Of a DNA stretch of 53,716 nt, positions 53,324-53,716 are shown in pieces. The position numbers and the translations under genes were made by a program. Position 1 is the stretch's first letter, and each line of letters starts with the position of its first letter. Source of the stretch: Minisyncoccia bacterium (GTDB lineage Bacteria > Patescibacteriota > Minisyncoccia > Phycocordibacterales > UBA9973). The notes beneath the pieces are model-generated. The model saw only the letters and a list, made by a program, of their open reading frames with translations, searched no databases and had not been told where the DNA came from. Where the stretch lies: the NCBI GenBank assembly GCA_044229265.1, contig JBGATK010000001.1, positions 101,776 through 155,491 of the forward strand, given 5' to 3'.

Positions 53324-53545
53324 TTATTTCACGAAAAAATCCAAGGATTTTTTATAAAGTTTCGCAAACTCTTTGAGTTGCAAAACATCAAAGCGCCGTT
53401 GTCCCGATTCAATCTTTGAGACATACGACTGAGTTCTACCAAGTTTCTCAGCAACTTCAACCTGCCCAAGACCAACCTCAAGACGCGCTTGTTTCAAGCG
53501 CTCAACGATCTTTTTGTGGTCATTTTGGTAAATTGCTCTCGGCAT
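53324..53545 (-). CDS. XRE-type HTH controller (C) protein
   Basis: From ATG 53545: a 73-aa protein with LGLGQVEVAEKLGRTQSYVSKIESGQR (HTH_3/XRE pattern), immediately upstream of the endonuclease gene. The track's longer ORF reads through the poly-C tract and the repeat, and I reject it. Confidence 0.75.
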   Translation of the reverse strand: MPRAIYQNDHKKIVERLKQARLEVGLGQVEVAEKLGRTQSYVSKIESGQRRFDVLQLKEFAKLYKKSLDFFVK

Positions 53546-53602
53546 ATATTTATATGATAATATTCCATTGTGTATTATTCCAAATTGCCATATAATGTAT
53601 TT

Positions 53603-53713
53603 ATGAAGCGTCGGAACCAAAACCAAAAATTTTCCTTTCCTTTTTTTGCCGGCTCCCCCCCCCCCCCCCCCCCCCCACAATGACACGTAAAGAAAATTTG
53701 TTTTTTTGTTTGG
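53603..53713 (-). repeat. right copy of the palindromic element (C-run on the plus strand), inverted relative to the left copy
   Basis: The core 53603-53660 is the reverse complement of 49117-49174 (57/58). Arms at 53617-53638 and 53689-53713 pair with each other across the poly-C tract. Confidence 0.9.
53655..53676. repeat. 22-nt homopolymeric C tract
   Basis: Counted directly. The left copy has GGGGGGTGTGGGGGG at the equivalent position. Confidence 0.95.
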
Positions 53714-53716
53714 TGT

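Noticed and set aside
53546-53686. N-terminal 47-codon extension of the C-protein ORF (MSLWGGGGGGGAGKKRKGKF...)
   Set aside because: It is produced by reading through the poly-C tract and the inverted repeat. The same pseudo-peptide (KKWKGKFLVLVPTLH) appears at the left repeat copy. The HTH protein starts plausibly at ATG 53545.

Overview
AT-rich bacterial chromosomal segment read with the standard genetic code. The gene content (compact housekeeping genes carrying insertions, giant surface proteins, a Gram-positive-type T4SS-like operon) suggests a CPR/Patescibacteria-like organism, but that is inference only. Layout: (1) 1-13412 is a tightly packed plus-strand operon. It encodes a VirB6/PrgH-like polytopic membrane protein, a PrgI/VirB3-like protein, a VirB4 ATPase, a pilin-like::M15 peptidoglycan hydrolase fusion and several secreted proteins. 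No VirD4 or relaxase is present. (2) 13.4-18.5 kb is the replication-origin neighbourhood (jag-yidC-yidD-rnpA-rpmH divergent from dnaA-dnaN) with DnaA boxes. (3) 18.5-44 kb is housekeeping and DNA repair: PBP1A, tyrS, ruvCBA, a PilB/GspE ATPase, tsaE, polA, uvrABC, mutM, rpsT and tRNA-Lys. Several of these genes carry in-frame G+C-rich palindromic insertions, and many have extended -10 promoters ending 6-8 nt before the ATG, which implies leaderless mRNAs. (4) 44.1-47.4 kb encodes a 1.1k-aa repeat surface protein. (5) 47.6-48.0 kb holds tRNA-Arg(GCG), a GIY-YIG ORF and a duplicated tRNA 5' segment. (6) 48.96-53.7 kb is the main candidate for something new: an accessory island bracketed by inverted copies of a palindromic element. 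It contains a ThsB-like TIR gene co-transcribed with a bare 3-TM protein (no ThsA-type effector is present). Divergent from that pair is one ORF fusing a complete self-cleaving LexA repressor to a C5 DNA methyltransferase, convergent with a C-protein plus PD-ExK restriction endonuclease operon. I saw no rRNA, CRISPR array, transposase or integrase. All functional calls rest on motifs read from the translations and on synteny. No database search was possible.
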